DNA from: Deltaproteobacteria bacterium
GTDB taxonomy: Bacteria > Desulfobacterota > RBG-13-43-22
Assembly (NCBI GenBank): GCA_016208255.1
Contig: JACQYK010000175.1
Span: forward strand, 3,944 to 67,943
Length of the DNA: 64,000 bases
Direction of reading: 5' to 3'
In this document: piece by piece, positions 40,370 through 49,820 of the stretch
Numbering within the stretch: position 1 is the stretch's first letter
Layout: each line of letters begins with the position of its first letter
Program-made: the position numbers and the translations under genes
The notes under the pieces: model-generated
What the model was told of the DNA's origin: nothing
What the model saw: the letters and a program-made list of their open reading frames with translations, nothing else
Databases searched by the model: none

Positions 40370-40403
40370 AAATAAAAAAGGCCGGGTTGTCTCTTACCCG
40401 GCC
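40370..40403 (-). terminator. Rho-independent terminator of the PEP-CTERM gene
   Basis: The minus strand reads GGCCGGGTaagagacaACCCGGCC followed by TTTTTTATTT. Confidence 0.65.
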
Positions 40404-40430
40404 TGCTTGAAACTATAAGGTCCCCTGTTT

Positions 40431-41135
40431 TTACTTCCTGAATTTCCTGCTAAGTGCCGCCAAACCGATTAAGCCGGAACCGAGAAGGAGCATAGTAAGG
40501 GGTTCGGGGACTCCCAAAGGGGGATCACTTTGGGCGTCGTGCGAAAAAGGAGCAAAAACCTTATCGTTTTTAAAAAGGTCAAAATGAAGGGTAACATCGT
40601 TGCTCAAGTCGGTTGTATCAATAGTGAACGCGGCAAAATAGAGACCGGTACTCGTGGAAAAGCTGCTGAACTGGCCGGGTTTATCCTGAGTGTTATATAC
40701 ACCGGCCTGATCATGGGGATTAAAATTAAACTCGTAGGTCAGGAAATAAGTATCGAATACCCCATGGCCGGGGAGGCCCGGATCACCATAGCGCATGTCT
40801 TGGGTATTCTTTACTGTTCCATTAAGACTGAAAGACCCGTAGTCGGGGACCGGGGATGCTCCTTCAAGGCCCGGATACAAGGCTATACTCAAATAGTAAT
40901 CATTAGACAAAGAAGTCTTTTGGCTTTTCTGCATCAGGGCATAAAGAGTGAATACGTTTCCGGGAGCCACAATCGTTTCAGGATCAAAGAGAGGATTATA
41001 CGCCGGATGATTAGAGGCCGGATTATAATACCCTCCCTCGATATCCAGTTGTAAAACCGGAACGGCCAAAACAGGCAGACTCCATCCAAACAGAAATAAA
41101 CAGATCAGTGAAATTAATCTTTTTTTCAAAAGCAT
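40431..41135 (-). CDS. PEP-CTERM sorting-domain secreted protein
   Basis: 234 aa. Signal peptide, with a C-terminal VPEPLTMLLLGSGLIGLAALSRKFRK (PEP motif, TM helix and basic tail). Confidence 0.88.
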   Translation of the reverse strand: MLLKKRLISLICLFLFGWSLPVLAVPVLQLDIEGGYYNPASNHPAYNPLFDPETIVAPGNVFTLYALMQKSQKTSLSNDYYLSIALYPGLEGASPVPDYGSFSLNGTVKNTQDMRYGDPGLPGHGVFDTYFLTYEFNFNPHDQAGVYNTQDKPGQFSSFSTSTGLYFAAFTIDTTDLSNDVTLHFDLFKNDKVFAPFSHDAQSDPPLGVPEPLTMLLLGSGLIGLAALSRKFRK

Positions 41136-41167
41136 TCCTTTCTTTAATTTCTTTTTACCTGTATAGT

Positions 41168-41183
41168 TGCAATTTTTAAGCCA
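41168..41183 (-). promoter_or_regulatory. Candidate sigma54 (-24/-12) promoter
   Basis: The minus strand reads TGGCTTAAAAATTGCA, matching TGGCAC-N5-TTGCW with correct GG/GC spacing. It lies 33-48 nt upstream of the PEP-CTERM ATG. Confidence 0.55.
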
Positions 41184-41425
41184 ATCAAATTTTTTTAATC
41201 AGAACATAAAAATATATAGTTATTTAATTTAGTTATATATCATAAGCGTTTGTTTCCCCCAAAGGCCTCTTGATTGTTTCGTGCCAAAAATTGCTCTATT
41301 TATTACATTACTTTACTAATTTAATTTACTCTTAACTTCCCTTCCCTTTCTCTTATTGGAAAGGCCCCGTTAAGCTATTCCGGCTTTTGGGCCTCGGGCA
41401 GGATTCGACCTGAGGGCCCCCCAAT

Positions 41426-42721
41426 TCAGGCTGATTTATCTGAATGCCAGAGGGTCATATGGTTGGCATGGGTCTCCAAGTAAGCTCCGGGCTTGTAGAA
41501 ATGGTCATAAAAATCCAGGTCCAGGTGATGCGCCTGCAGATACATGATGAGGAACATGGAGGGTACGGTACCAGGGAACTTGCCAAAGGTGTCATATACA
41601 TACTGGGCTTGTAAGGCGACACACTCCCTGAATCTTTCGTCGTGTAATTGCGCGGCCGAACGAACTTTGCGACTGTCTTTCCACGGACCGGGAGTGTCGG
41701 GATGAAAAGGCCCTCCGGGGCCGAACTTGCGCTCGCAAAGCGCCTCCACGGCGGCTCGCATATCCGGGTGATGGGGCGGGCAGTAGCCTTCCATCACTCC
41801 TTCCAGTCCAGTGGGATTCGGGTAAGGCCAGCGTTCATCCTGGTCATAGCGGAATCCCAAGCCCGGCAAATCGGGATTGCCGCTGGCGCCAAGCAGGGAA
41901 AAGGAATCAATCCCGTTGAACATCCAGCCACCAAGACCCATGGCCTGAAGCATCAACGCACCGGCATAACAGCTGGTCCCCAGTTCCACGGTCAGCTCTG
42001 AAAGTGACCATTGTTCCAAAAAGGTGATAGGCCAGGCGTTGGCACTGTCTACCATTTCTCCAAACTGCTCGATGCCCGGAATGGAGCATTGGTTGATGTC
42101 ATCGCGCAGTACCAGACCGTTCTGAAGCATATAACAAATATTGAGCAGGACGTGCTGCGAAAGATCTCCAACGGGGATGACAACCAGGGTAGACGGTTTG
42201 TTAAATACCCAGGTGTTATGGGCCTCGGTGTACGGAACTTCGGAAGAAAACCGAAGGCGCCTGTCCCGGAGTTTACGTATCCGTTTTTGGACATTAGCAA
42301 CAAAGGCCTCCGCACTCAATGATCCGTCTTCGGCACGGTCATCAAAGGCCGGCGCGTCACGCATATCCAACAGGTATAGGCCTTCGTCATCCGTAAAGAA
42401 GGTCTGGCTGGTGTGAAATCCCGCTGATGATGGAAAGACCCGACCGCCGGCAGATCCGGCGTAATTGGCCAGGTGGGGGGCGTAGCGGGCTGCACGGGAA
42501 ATCAGGTGATGCCAGGAGGTATTGCCCCCGCAAGCGGAAACCACCAGCATTTTTTCAAGATCGGTTAACGGTAATGCTTTGTGGCCCGACTTATAAGCGA
42601 ACACTCCGTCGGGAATTTCTGCTCCCATAAAGAATCTGCGGGACCGACGGCCCAAAAGGGCTTCCAGGAGAGGAAAGGATAGCAGGCTCTGAAAACCCGG
42701 GGGAGTTGTTATTTTTTTCAT
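41426..42721 (-). CDS. Hypothetical protein with a nitroreductase-like N-terminus (431 aa)
   Basis: LLEALLGRRSRRFF...PLTDLEKMLVVSACGG resembles the start of nitroreductase/SagB-type folds. The remainder is unassigned. Confidence 0.55.
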   Translation of the reverse strand: MKKITTPPGFQSLLSFPLLEALLGRRSRRFFMGAEIPDGVFAYKSGHKALPLTDLEKMLVVSACGGNTSWHHLISRAARYAPHLANYAGSAGGRVFPSSAGFHTSQTFFTDDEGLYLLDMRDAPAFDDRAEDGSLSAEAFVANVQKRIRKLRDRRLRFSSEVPYTEAHNTWVFNKPSTLVVIPVGDLSQHVLLNICYMLQNGLVLRDDINQCSIPGIEQFGEMVDSANAWPITFLEQWSLSELTVELGTSCYAGALMLQAMGLGGWMFNGIDSFSLLGASGNPDLPGLGFRYDQDERWPYPNPTGLEGVMEGYCPPHHPDMRAAVEALCERKFGPGGPFHPDTPGPWKDSRKVRSAAQLHDERFRECVALQAQYVYDTFGKFPGTVPSMFLIMYLQAHHLDLDFYDHFYKPGAYLETHANHMTLWHSDKSA

Positions 42722-42999
42722 AGGTTTCTCCTTTCATGGCCAGGAGGTTTTGTGGCCCTGCCTATCTATAGCGTTTAGAAATTTTTTCTCCAGGCTCAAT
42801 TTATTTTAAAAAATTGGTAAAATAAATAATAGGGAACGGGTATCTTGCTCAAAAAAAGACAGTATTTTTACCTGAGCCGAATGGACCAGGCTGTCCGGAA
42901 GAAAGGGGGGTGGCGAGGATAGATGACAGGAATGGCTTCCCGGGAAAGACCAAGTGAGAACTTGATCGATTTTGAATTTTATTTAAGAAAACAGGACTG

Positions 43000-43930
43000 T
43001 TAATTTACAGGAAATAACCAATCTTTGAATCGGGCATCCTTTCCTCTGACGATAGTATCGAGGAGTGCCGCCATCTTTTGGGTTACTGGTCCCGGTACCT
43101 TGGGCAGCACCCGGTCCTCGATTTTTCTGATGGGCAAAACTTTCAGGGGGCTGCATGAAAAAAACATTTCTTCAGCCTCGTAAAGCAGCTCGGGATCCAG
43201 CCGGCCTTCAAAGGTCGGGATACCATCGGCTTCCGCAGCCTGAAGGATAGACCTGCGGCTGATGCCTGCCAGCACCGTCCCCAGGGACGGGGTCATCAGT
43301 TGACCGGCTTTAACCAGAAAGAAAGATTCAGCAGCGCCTTCGGCGATAAACCCCTGGGTATCGAGCAGAAGGGCATATTCAAATCCACGTTTTCCGGAAT
43401 CCACGTTTTCCGGCTTCAATCCGAGCCACCATGCCGTTGAGATAATTGGCGGCGGCCTTGGCCGGCACCGGGACCGTTTGAGGGTCAAGCTTACGCCATT
43501 TACTGATAGCGACCGTTGTTGAGGGTCCTTTCTTAAATCCTTCCGCTATATCCTGGGCCGGATCGAGGGAAAAGATGGAGACATCCAGTAGCTGGTGGGG
43601 GGGAAGGACTTGAACGGAAAACTGAGGATAAAAACAGATGATCTTTATGAAGCCCTGGTTGAGTTGGTTGCGCTTAACCGTCTCCGCCGCCGCCTGGTAG
43701 AATTCCGCCGGGGACAGGGGAAGCTTCATATCCAGAAACTCCGCGGTTTTAAAAAGTCGTTTGATGTGTTCCTCGAGTCGAAAAATGACCGGTCCGGAAT
43801 CGGTGGCGTGGAAGCTGATAACTTCAAAAATAGCCGATCCCCGGCCAAAACTGTGAGACATAATGTGAACCGTGGCCTGCTGCCAGGCAATAAATTCCCC
43901 ATTCAGGTAAACGATACGGGTTTCAAGCAT
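43000..43930 (-). pseudogene. Class IV (branched-chain/D-amino-acid) aminotransferase, frameshifted by a 16-bp tandem duplication
   Basis: Track ORFs 43379..43930 (YLNGEFIAWQQATVHIMSHSFGRGSAIFEVI...) and 43000..43488 (...GFEYALLLDTQGFIAEGAAESFFLVK...) overlap at the duplicated GKRGF codons. Confidence 0.85.
43382..43413. repeat. Perfect 16-bp tandem duplication AATCCACGTTTTCCGG x2
   Basis: Read directly: 43382-43397 equals 43398-43413. Confidence 0.95.
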
Positions 43931-43992
43931 TTTCTCTCCTGCCTTTCACGGAAATTAAGAAATCACTTCATTCTTATGAAAATAAATTATCT

Positions 43993-44188
43993 GACAGGAT
44001 TAACAGGATTGACATCTACTTTGCTCAGGCTCCGGACGACCCTGAGCAAACTCAATCCGCTCTCAGCGAAAATTAAGACCGTCCGAAGGACGATTCATTT
44101 TGTGCCTTTCTTCCCTATGCTTGTCTGTTTTATTGCATGCAGACAAGTCGAAAGGTACAAAAATCATAGTAATCCTGTAAATCCTGTC
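43993..44188 (+). repeat. Family A element, copy A3 (with an extra nested hairpin)
   Basis: GACAGGATTAACAGGATT ... AATCCTGTAAATCCTGTC. The last hairpin is expanded by CTTGTCTGttttattgcatgCAGACAAG. Confidence 0.85.
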
Positions 44189-44302
44189 TAAGATAAGTAT
44201 TTAAATTTCAAAAAGCAAAACTGATATGAAAAAAAATCCCCTGAAAAAAAACCAAAAATGTAGGTAAAGGCCCGGGTAAATTTTCCCTGGGCCTGGTTGG
44301 GG

Positions 44303-45844
44303 CTATTTCTTGGCCGTCAAAGCGATACTTTCATAGGACGTATCGATAGGGGGCATTTTTACGAAATCCGTCCTCAGCGGCAGCTTTCCATAGACGGGAT
44401 GATCCTGCCAACCGTCAACGCGGGCCGCCCGTTTGGCCGCGGATTGGAATCTTTTCCAATCGGCGCTGGTATAGAGAAACATCTCCTGGGCGGCCATGGA
44501 TCCTTCGCCGTGAATGGTATCGACCTCCCAGTGATTCCCGGTGTAGTCCTTGATCAGGCGCAATATGCGAATCCGGTCCTCGGTCGACACCCCGTCCTTG
44601 GCCGCCAGATATTTTTCGATGTAGGGCTGCAGGGCCGGATTTTTCCAGTCCCGGTAGGCCGGCACCGTGGTGGTCAATCCCCCTCCGATATCCTGCATGT
44701 GCTGGACCATCTGGTGAAAGTTGCTGGCATAGGTGAACTTCGAGGCATTAATGGCCATGCGGTTAGGCATCATGACGTCCATTCCGAATTCGGTCACCGG
44801 GTCCTGACAGGCCTGTTTCCCCAACATCTGTACCGTTTCGGTGATCATGGCCATCCAGGCCAGCTTTTTCCGGACGTGCGGGACATTCTGGACCCCGTTA
44901 TATTCGGCGATCAGACTCGCCGCCCCGGTCATGGTCTCGAGCGTTCCGGTCATCTTGCAGGTGCCGAAGAGGCGGTGATAACTGGCGAAGGCATAGGCCA
45001 GGATCTGGGAGAATTCCCATTCTCCGCACATGAAAACCCGTTCCCAGGGCACAAAGACGTTATCGAAGATGATTAAAGATTCCGAAGGCTGCATATGGTC
45101 CGACATAGGATAGTCGAATTCACATTCCTCCCCATAGAGCCGGACATTCGGCTCGACCCCCAAAAGCTTGACCCCGGGCGTGCTGACCGGTACGGCAAAA
45201 CCCAGGGCATAGTCCTGGTCGGCTTCCCCGTGGGTGCGGCAGGGCAGGCAGAGCAACTCATTGGCGCAGGGAGAGGCGCTGATATGCACCTTGGCGCCCC
45301 GGACCACGATGCCGTCTTTCTGCCGATCCACGACCTTCAGGTAAAAGTCCTGGTGCTGTTTCTGTTTGGAGGGATGAAGGCTTCGGTCCCCCTTGACATC
45401 GGTAATGGCCCCGGTGATGGCCAGGTCGTTCTTTTGCAGATGCTTGCGGTACTGTTCGACACGCTCCCTATACCGGGTTCCCAGCTTGCTGTCCATAACC
45501 TGGGCGGCCACGCTAAAGGCGGCCAGGGCGTCGGCGCCCATGCAGTGGACGATGACTCCTCCGCCGGATCTGATCCCGACCGTATAGCATTCCCGCCGGC
45601 GCAGGAGGTCTTCCGGCGTTTTCGGAGAGGTCAGTAAAAAATTGATGTCTTCGCCGTCTTCATTCCGGGTCACAAAGAGGTCCCGATAATCCGGATGATT
45701 GGGCAGGACGTAATCCATGCAGGCCGTTCTGATGATGGTGCTCACCGTCGGATGGGTCCGGACATCCTTCACTTTCTCGCCCAGGCACCAGACTTCCCGT
45801 CCGTCATCCAAGCTTTCCAGATACTGTTCCACTGTTTTTATCAT
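44303..45844 (-). CDS. 4-hydroxybutyryl-CoA dehydratase / HpaB-family protein
   Basis: 513 aa. The N-terminus TVEQYLESLDDGREVWCLGEKVKDVRTHP and overall length are typical of the AbfD/4-HPA-hydroxylase superfamily. I cannot separate the subfamily by eye. Confidence 0.8.
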   Translation of the reverse strand: MIKTVEQYLESLDDGREVWCLGEKVKDVRTHPTVSTIIRTACMDYVLPNHPDYRDLFVTRNEDGEDINFLLTSPKTPEDLLRRRECYTVGIRSGGGVIVHCMGADALAAFSVAAQVMDSKLGTRYRERVEQYRKHLQKNDLAITGAITDVKGDRSLHPSKQKQHQDFYLKVVDRQKDGIVVRGAKVHISASPCANELLCLPCRTHGEADQDYALGFAVPVSTPGVKLLGVEPNVRLYGEECEFDYPMSDHMQPSESLIIFDNVFVPWERVFMCGEWEFSQILAYAFASYHRLFGTCKMTGTLETMTGAASLIAEYNGVQNVPHVRKKLAWMAMITETVQMLGKQACQDPVTEFGMDVMMPNRMAINASKFTYASNFHQMVQHMQDIGGGLTTTVPAYRDWKNPALQPYIEKYLAAKDGVSTEDRIRILRLIKDYTGNHWEVDTIHGEGSMAAQEMFLYTSADWKRFQSAAKRAARVDGWQDHPVYGKLPLRTDFVKMPPIDTSYESIALTAKK

Positions 45845-46035
45845 TTTGATCTCTCCTTTTCTTTATAAATAAAAAAATTTCCTTCTGACGCCGAATTATA
45901 AAATAATGGTAGCTGGTATGTCAAAAGGGAAAACCGATTCAAATTGCTTTTTAATGTGGAGAGTATAAAATAAGAATAAAAGGATCAAGAAGAAAATCGA
46001 GGAAATCCTGATTGAGAAAAGAAAGTTTGAAAACC

Positions 46036-46064
46036 CCTGGACCCCGGTTTTCACCGGGGTGACG
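46036..46064. repeat. Family C-like single hairpin unit
   Basis: CCTGGACCCCGGTtttcACCGGGGTGACG. Confidence 0.5.
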
Positions 46065-46100
46065 ACTTATTAGGATGCCGTCTTAAAAAAGGAGATAAAC

Positions 46101-47540
46101 ATGGGGAATTTAGAAGAATTATGGTGGCTGGACGCCACCGCCCTGGCGGGACTGATCAGCAAAAAGGAGATCACTCCTCTGGAACTGGTGGACATCGCCA
46201 TCCGGCGTATAGAACGGCTGAATCCAAGATTAAACGCGGTGGTCACCCCCCTCTTTGATCAAGCCCGGAAAACCGCCTCCGCCGATATTCCGGCCGGGCC
46301 TTTTAAGGGGGTGCCTTTTCTCATGAAGGATATCGGGGCCGGGCTGGCCGGCGTCCCCATGTCTATGGGTACGGCCTTATTAAAAGACTACATCCCGGAC
46401 CATGACAGCGAACTGACCATTCGCTATAAAAAGGCCGGTTTAATAATTTTAGGAAAAACCAATACCCCCGAGTTGGGATTGATTCCGACCACGGAACCCC
46501 GGCTTTTCGGCCCGACCCGAAATCCCTGGAATACGGAAAGGACTACCGGCGGTTCCAGTGGCGGGGCGGCCGCGGCGGTCGCCTCCGGAATGGTGCCTTT
46601 GGCGCATGGGAATGACGGGGGCGGTTCCATACGAATTCCTTCCTCCTGCTGTGGGTTGTTCGGGCTAAAACCAACCAGGGCCCGTAATTCATTAAGCCCT
46701 GATTTTGGTGACATTTTCTCCGGTCTGGTTTGTGAGCATGTCCTGACCCGATCGGTGAGAGACAGTGCGGCCATGCTCGATTGGACCGCCGGACCGGTCA
46801 GCGGCGATCCCTACTGGGCCCCCCCTCAGCAGAGACCTTTCCTGCAGGAGGTGGGAGCTGATCCCGGACAGTTGCGCATTGCTTATTCCAGATATTCCGC
46901 TATGGAAGAATTTCTCCATCCTGACTGTAGACATGCCGTGGAGGAAACGGCCAGACTTCTTGAAGGCCTGGGTCATATAGTAGAGGAGGCAACACCGGAA
47001 TTAACGCTGGAACCGGAAGCGATAGGGCAGGCTTTTACGGCGGTCTGGCAAGCCGGTTGCGCCTCAACCATCGACCTGATCATGCAGGTTGCCGGGATAC
47101 CGGCTCAACCCGATCTTTTTGAACCCCTGACCTGGTTTCTATATGAACGCGGCCGAAAGGTCACGGCCTCGGAATATTTGCGGGCTGTTACTATCATCCA
47201 ACGCCTGACCCGCGAAATCGCCGCCTTTCATCAGAAATATGAAGTAATGCTGACTCCTGTTCTGGCACAGCCGCCAGTGCCTATAGGGACCTTCGATGTC
47301 CGGGAGGGCGAAGATCCCGCGGAGGCTTGGGGACGTATTGCGGCTTTTGCCCCCATTACACCTTTGCAGAACTCTACCGGCCAACCGGCCCTGTCGATTC
47401 CCCTGTTTTGGAACCAGGATGGGCTTCCCATCGGTTCCCATCTGGTCGGTCGGTTCGGTGACGAAGCCACACTTTTTCGATTGGCCGCGCAGCTTGAAGA
47501 AGCACAGCCCTGGGCCGACAGACGACCTCTGATATCCTGA
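46101..47540 (+). CDS. Amidase (amidase-signature family)
   Basis: 479 aa. [12 protein letters not shown] and [12 protein letters not shown]. Confidence 0.92.
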   Translation: MGNLEELWWLDATALAGLISKKEITPLELVDIAIRRIERLNPRLNAVVTPLFDQARKTASADIPAGPFKGVPFLMKDIGAGLAGVPMSMGTALLKDYIPDHDSELTIRYKKAGLIILGKTNTPELGLIPTTEPRLFGPTRNPWNTERTTGGSSGGAAAAVASGMVPLAHGNDGGGSIRIPSSCCGLFGLKPTRARNSLSPDFGDIFSGLVCEHVLTRSVRDSAAMLDWTAGPVSGDPYWAPPQQRPFLQEVGADPGQLRIAYSRYSAMEEFLHPDCRHAVEETARLLEGLGHIVEEATPELTLEPEAIGQAFTAVWQAGCASTIDLIMQVAGIPAQPDLFEPLTWFLYERGRKVTASEYLRAVTIIQRLTREIAAFHQKYEVMLTPVLAQPPVPIGTFDVREGEDPAEAWGRIAAFAPITPLQNSTGQPALSIPLFWNQDGLPIGSHLVGRFGDEATLFRLAAQLEEAQPWADRRPLIS

Positions 47541-47602
47541 CTTTTAATAAAGTCTGAAAGGCTTGTCCCATTTATTGGTTAGGAGTAATTCTGCAGTTTA
47601 AT

Positions 47603-47693
47603 CTCAAACTAAGCCTTCATGCCCCCGCGGGGAGCGATGAATCATGAAAAAGGGGTTCGCCTTACGCTAACGCCTAACGTATTTTCGTATTAA
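47603..47693 (-). repeat. Family B repeat, copy B3 (inverted)
   Basis: The reverse complement reads CTTAATACGAAAATAcgttaggcgttagcgtaaggcgaaccccTTTTTCATGATTCATCGCTCCCCGCGGGGGCATGAAGGCTTAG. Confidence 0.7.
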
Positions 47694-47710
47694 GAAAGGA
47701 GATCAAAATC

Positions 47711-48517
47711 ATGGAAACATATGGCCATTATGAATTCATTAAGGTCGAAAAAGAGGGCAAGCTGGTTACCTTAACCCTAAACCGTCCGGACTCCCTGAAC
47801 GCCATCCACTCTCAATTTCACCGCGAGCTTGAAAACATTTGGATCGATGTGGCCCGGGATGGTGATGTCAACGCCATTATTCTGACCGGCGCCGGAAAAG
47901 CATTCAGTGCCGGTGGAGATGTGAAGGGAATGGATTCCCGAAGTGATCCCGACCAAGCCAAGCGCTATTCCCTGATGACCGTGGCCAATGCCCGCAGACT
48001 GATTCAAAATATGTTGGCGGTCGAACAGCCGATCATCGGGGCCATCAACGGGGATGCGGTGGGGCTGGGGGCCACCATCGCCCTCTTCTGTGATGTGGTG
48101 ATAGCAGCGGAAAAGGCCCGTTTTGGAGACCCCCACGTCAAGGTCGGCATCGTTGCCGGAGATGGAGGAGCGATTATTTGGCCGGCACTGATCGGCGTTT
48201 CCAGGGCCAAAGAGTTTCTAATGACCGGAAAACTGATTAATGCGGTTGAAGCGGAGCGGATCGGCCTGGTCAACCACGCCGTTCCCCAGAGTGAGGTCCT
48301 TCCCAAAGCCAGGGATCTGGCCCAGGAACTGGCCGAGGGGCCCACCTGGGCCATTCGCTACACCAAAATAGCGGTCAATAAATGGTTAAGTCATCAAGTC
48401 AATTTGATCCTTGACGCTTCGCTCGGCCTGGAAATGCTCACTTTTAACACCGAGGATCACAAAGAGGCCACCCGCGCCTGGGTGGAGAAAAGAAAACCCC
48501 AATTTAAAGGATTCTAA
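47711..48517 (+). CDS. Enoyl-CoA hydratase/isomerase
   Basis: 268 aa. LTLNRPDSLNA...FSAGGD...GAINGDAVGLGATIALFCD. Confidence 0.92.
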   Translation: METYGHYEFIKVEKEGKLVTLTLNRPDSLNAIHSQFHRELENIWIDVARDGDVNAIILTGAGKAFSAGGDVKGMDSRSDPDQAKRYSLMTVANARRLIQNMLAVEQPIIGAINGDAVGLGATIALFCDVVIAAEKARFGDPHVKVGIVAGDGGAIIWPALIGVSRAKEFLMTGKLINAVEAERIGLVNHAVPQSEVLPKARDLAQELAEGPTWAIRYTKIAVNKWLSHQVNLILDASLGLEMLTFNTEDHKEATRAWVEKRKPQFKGF

Positions 48518-48544
48518 ACCGTCAGGCCACGCTATTTGTGGCCT

Positions 48545-48833
48545 GACAGGATTTATCGGATTACCCGGATTTTTGTGCCTTTCGACTTGTCTGCATGCAA
48601 GCAGACAAGCAAGGGGAAGAAGGGCACAAGCCAAATCGTCCTGCGGGTCAAGCATTGGTTCCGGCTGAAAATGGATTGAGGTTGCTCAGGGTCTTCAGGA
48701 GCCTGAGCCAGGTATCTGAAAATCCGTTCGGTCGGCTCATTGGCTCCCCAAGGGGAGCCTCTTCGAAAGCTCGGCAAAGCCGAGCGGCCCGACCTCAAAA
48801 AAGGTTCCCTTTTGGGAACCGCTTGATCCTGTC
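48545..48833 (-). repeat. Family A element, copy A4 (inverted, with a ~100-bp composite insertion)
   Basis: Begins GACAGGATTTATCGGATTAC and ends GATCCTGTC. It is collinear with the reverse complement of A3 up to ~48720, then carries extra hairpins including the 48758-48794 module shared with 25004-25040. Confidence 0.8.
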
Positions 48834-48840
48834 AAATTAT

Positions 48841-48882
48841 TTTTTCATATTTCGTAGTGCCTCGAAAGGGAATAAGCCTTAT
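48841..48882 (+). repeat. Family B repeat, partial copy B5
   Basis: TTTTTCATATTTCGTAGTGCCTCGAAAGGGAATAAGCCTTA, abutting the SDR stop codon. Confidence 0.5.
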
Positions 48883-49646
48883 TATAACCCATGCCACTGG
48901 ATGATCTCTTCGTCCCGGGCCACACATCCGGTAACGCCCCGGGCGTCTTGTTGAGCCAGGAAGAGAGCCGCTTTGACCATTTTCTCCGGCCCTATCAACC
49001 GTGACTTGTCATAGTCGGGTGGCAAATTGAACACAAACCCTTCTGTGGCCACTCCCTGGGCCGGTTTATAGCAGTTGACGGCAATATTATAGGGTCCAAG
49101 TTCAGCGGCCAAACTGCAAGTGAAATGTTCGATCGCCGCCTTGGCCGTGCCGTAGGCAATGCCGGTGACCCCGTAGACCCTGCTGTCAGCCGCTCCGGAA
49201 CTGGTATTGATAATGCTCCCGCTTCTTTCCTCCATCATAGAGGGAAGGACGGCTTTAGTACAAAGGAAAGTTCCCAGAAGGTTAACCCCGATGACCAGAT
49301 TCCAACGGCGGGTCGTGGTCTCGACCAAGGGGCCGGGGGCGGCTACTGCTGCATTGTTAACCAGGATATCGATCTTGCCCCACTCTCTCAGCACCTTTTG
49401 GACCATGTCCTGGACTTCGCCTTCGATCAAGACATTAGTTGGTATGGCTAAAACCTTACCGCCGGCGGCTTTAAGTAGATCGGCGGTTTCAAGAATGGTG
49501 CCGGATAAACCGGTCTTGAGCGGCTCGACCGTTCTCCCGATAACCGCTACGCTGGCCCCTTCCCTGGCGAATTCAACGGCGACCGCCTTGCCGATCCCCC
49601 TGCTGGCGCCTGTGACTATCGCCACTTTTCCATTAAGTTTTCCCAT
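48882..49646 (-). CDS. SDR-family oxidoreductase
   Basis: 254 aa. TGASRGIGKA, NNAA and YGTAK (YxxxK). Confidence 0.92.
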   Translation of the reverse strand: MGKLNGKVAIVTGASRGIGKAVAVEFAREGASVAVIGRTVEPLKTGLSGTILETADLLKAAGGKVLAIPTNVLIEGEVQDMVQKVLREWGKIDILVNNAAVAAPGPLVETTTRRWNLVIGVNLLGTFLCTKAVLPSMMEERSGSIINTSSGAADSRVYGVTGIAYGTAKAAIEHFTCSLAAELGPYNIAVNCYKPAQGVATEGFVFNLPPDYDKSRLIGPEKMVKAALFLAQQDARGVTGCVARDEEIIQWHGL

Positions 49647-49670
49647 GGTGAACTCCTTTCTCCCTCAGGT

Positions 49671-49719
49671 TTACGTATTAAGGGTTTCATATAGTCTCGA
49701 ACATTTTGGTTTGCCTTAG
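49671..49719 (+). repeat. Degenerate family B-like copy (B6)
   Basis: TTACGTATTAAGGGTTTCATATAGTCTCGAACATTTTGGTTTGCCTTAG. The CTTAATACG motif (gene sense) lies ~25 nt upstream of the SDR ATG. Confidence 0.4.
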
Positions 49720-49820
49720 ATTGGAGACGAGGGGAATTTATCTTAGTCAATATTCTGTGGAGACCCTTAATACAGCAGTGAAAATGAAAAGAATATAGAG
49801 ACACTTTTTATTTTAAATAG

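Noticed and set aside
44297-45637. 259-aa and 180-aa plus-strand ORFs opposite the abfD/HpaB-like gene; likewise 51481..52110 opposite the beta-lactamase-fold gene and 34143..34672 opposite ahcY
   Set aside because: These are shadow ORFs in GC-rich coding DNA. The opposite-strand genes have clear family signatures.
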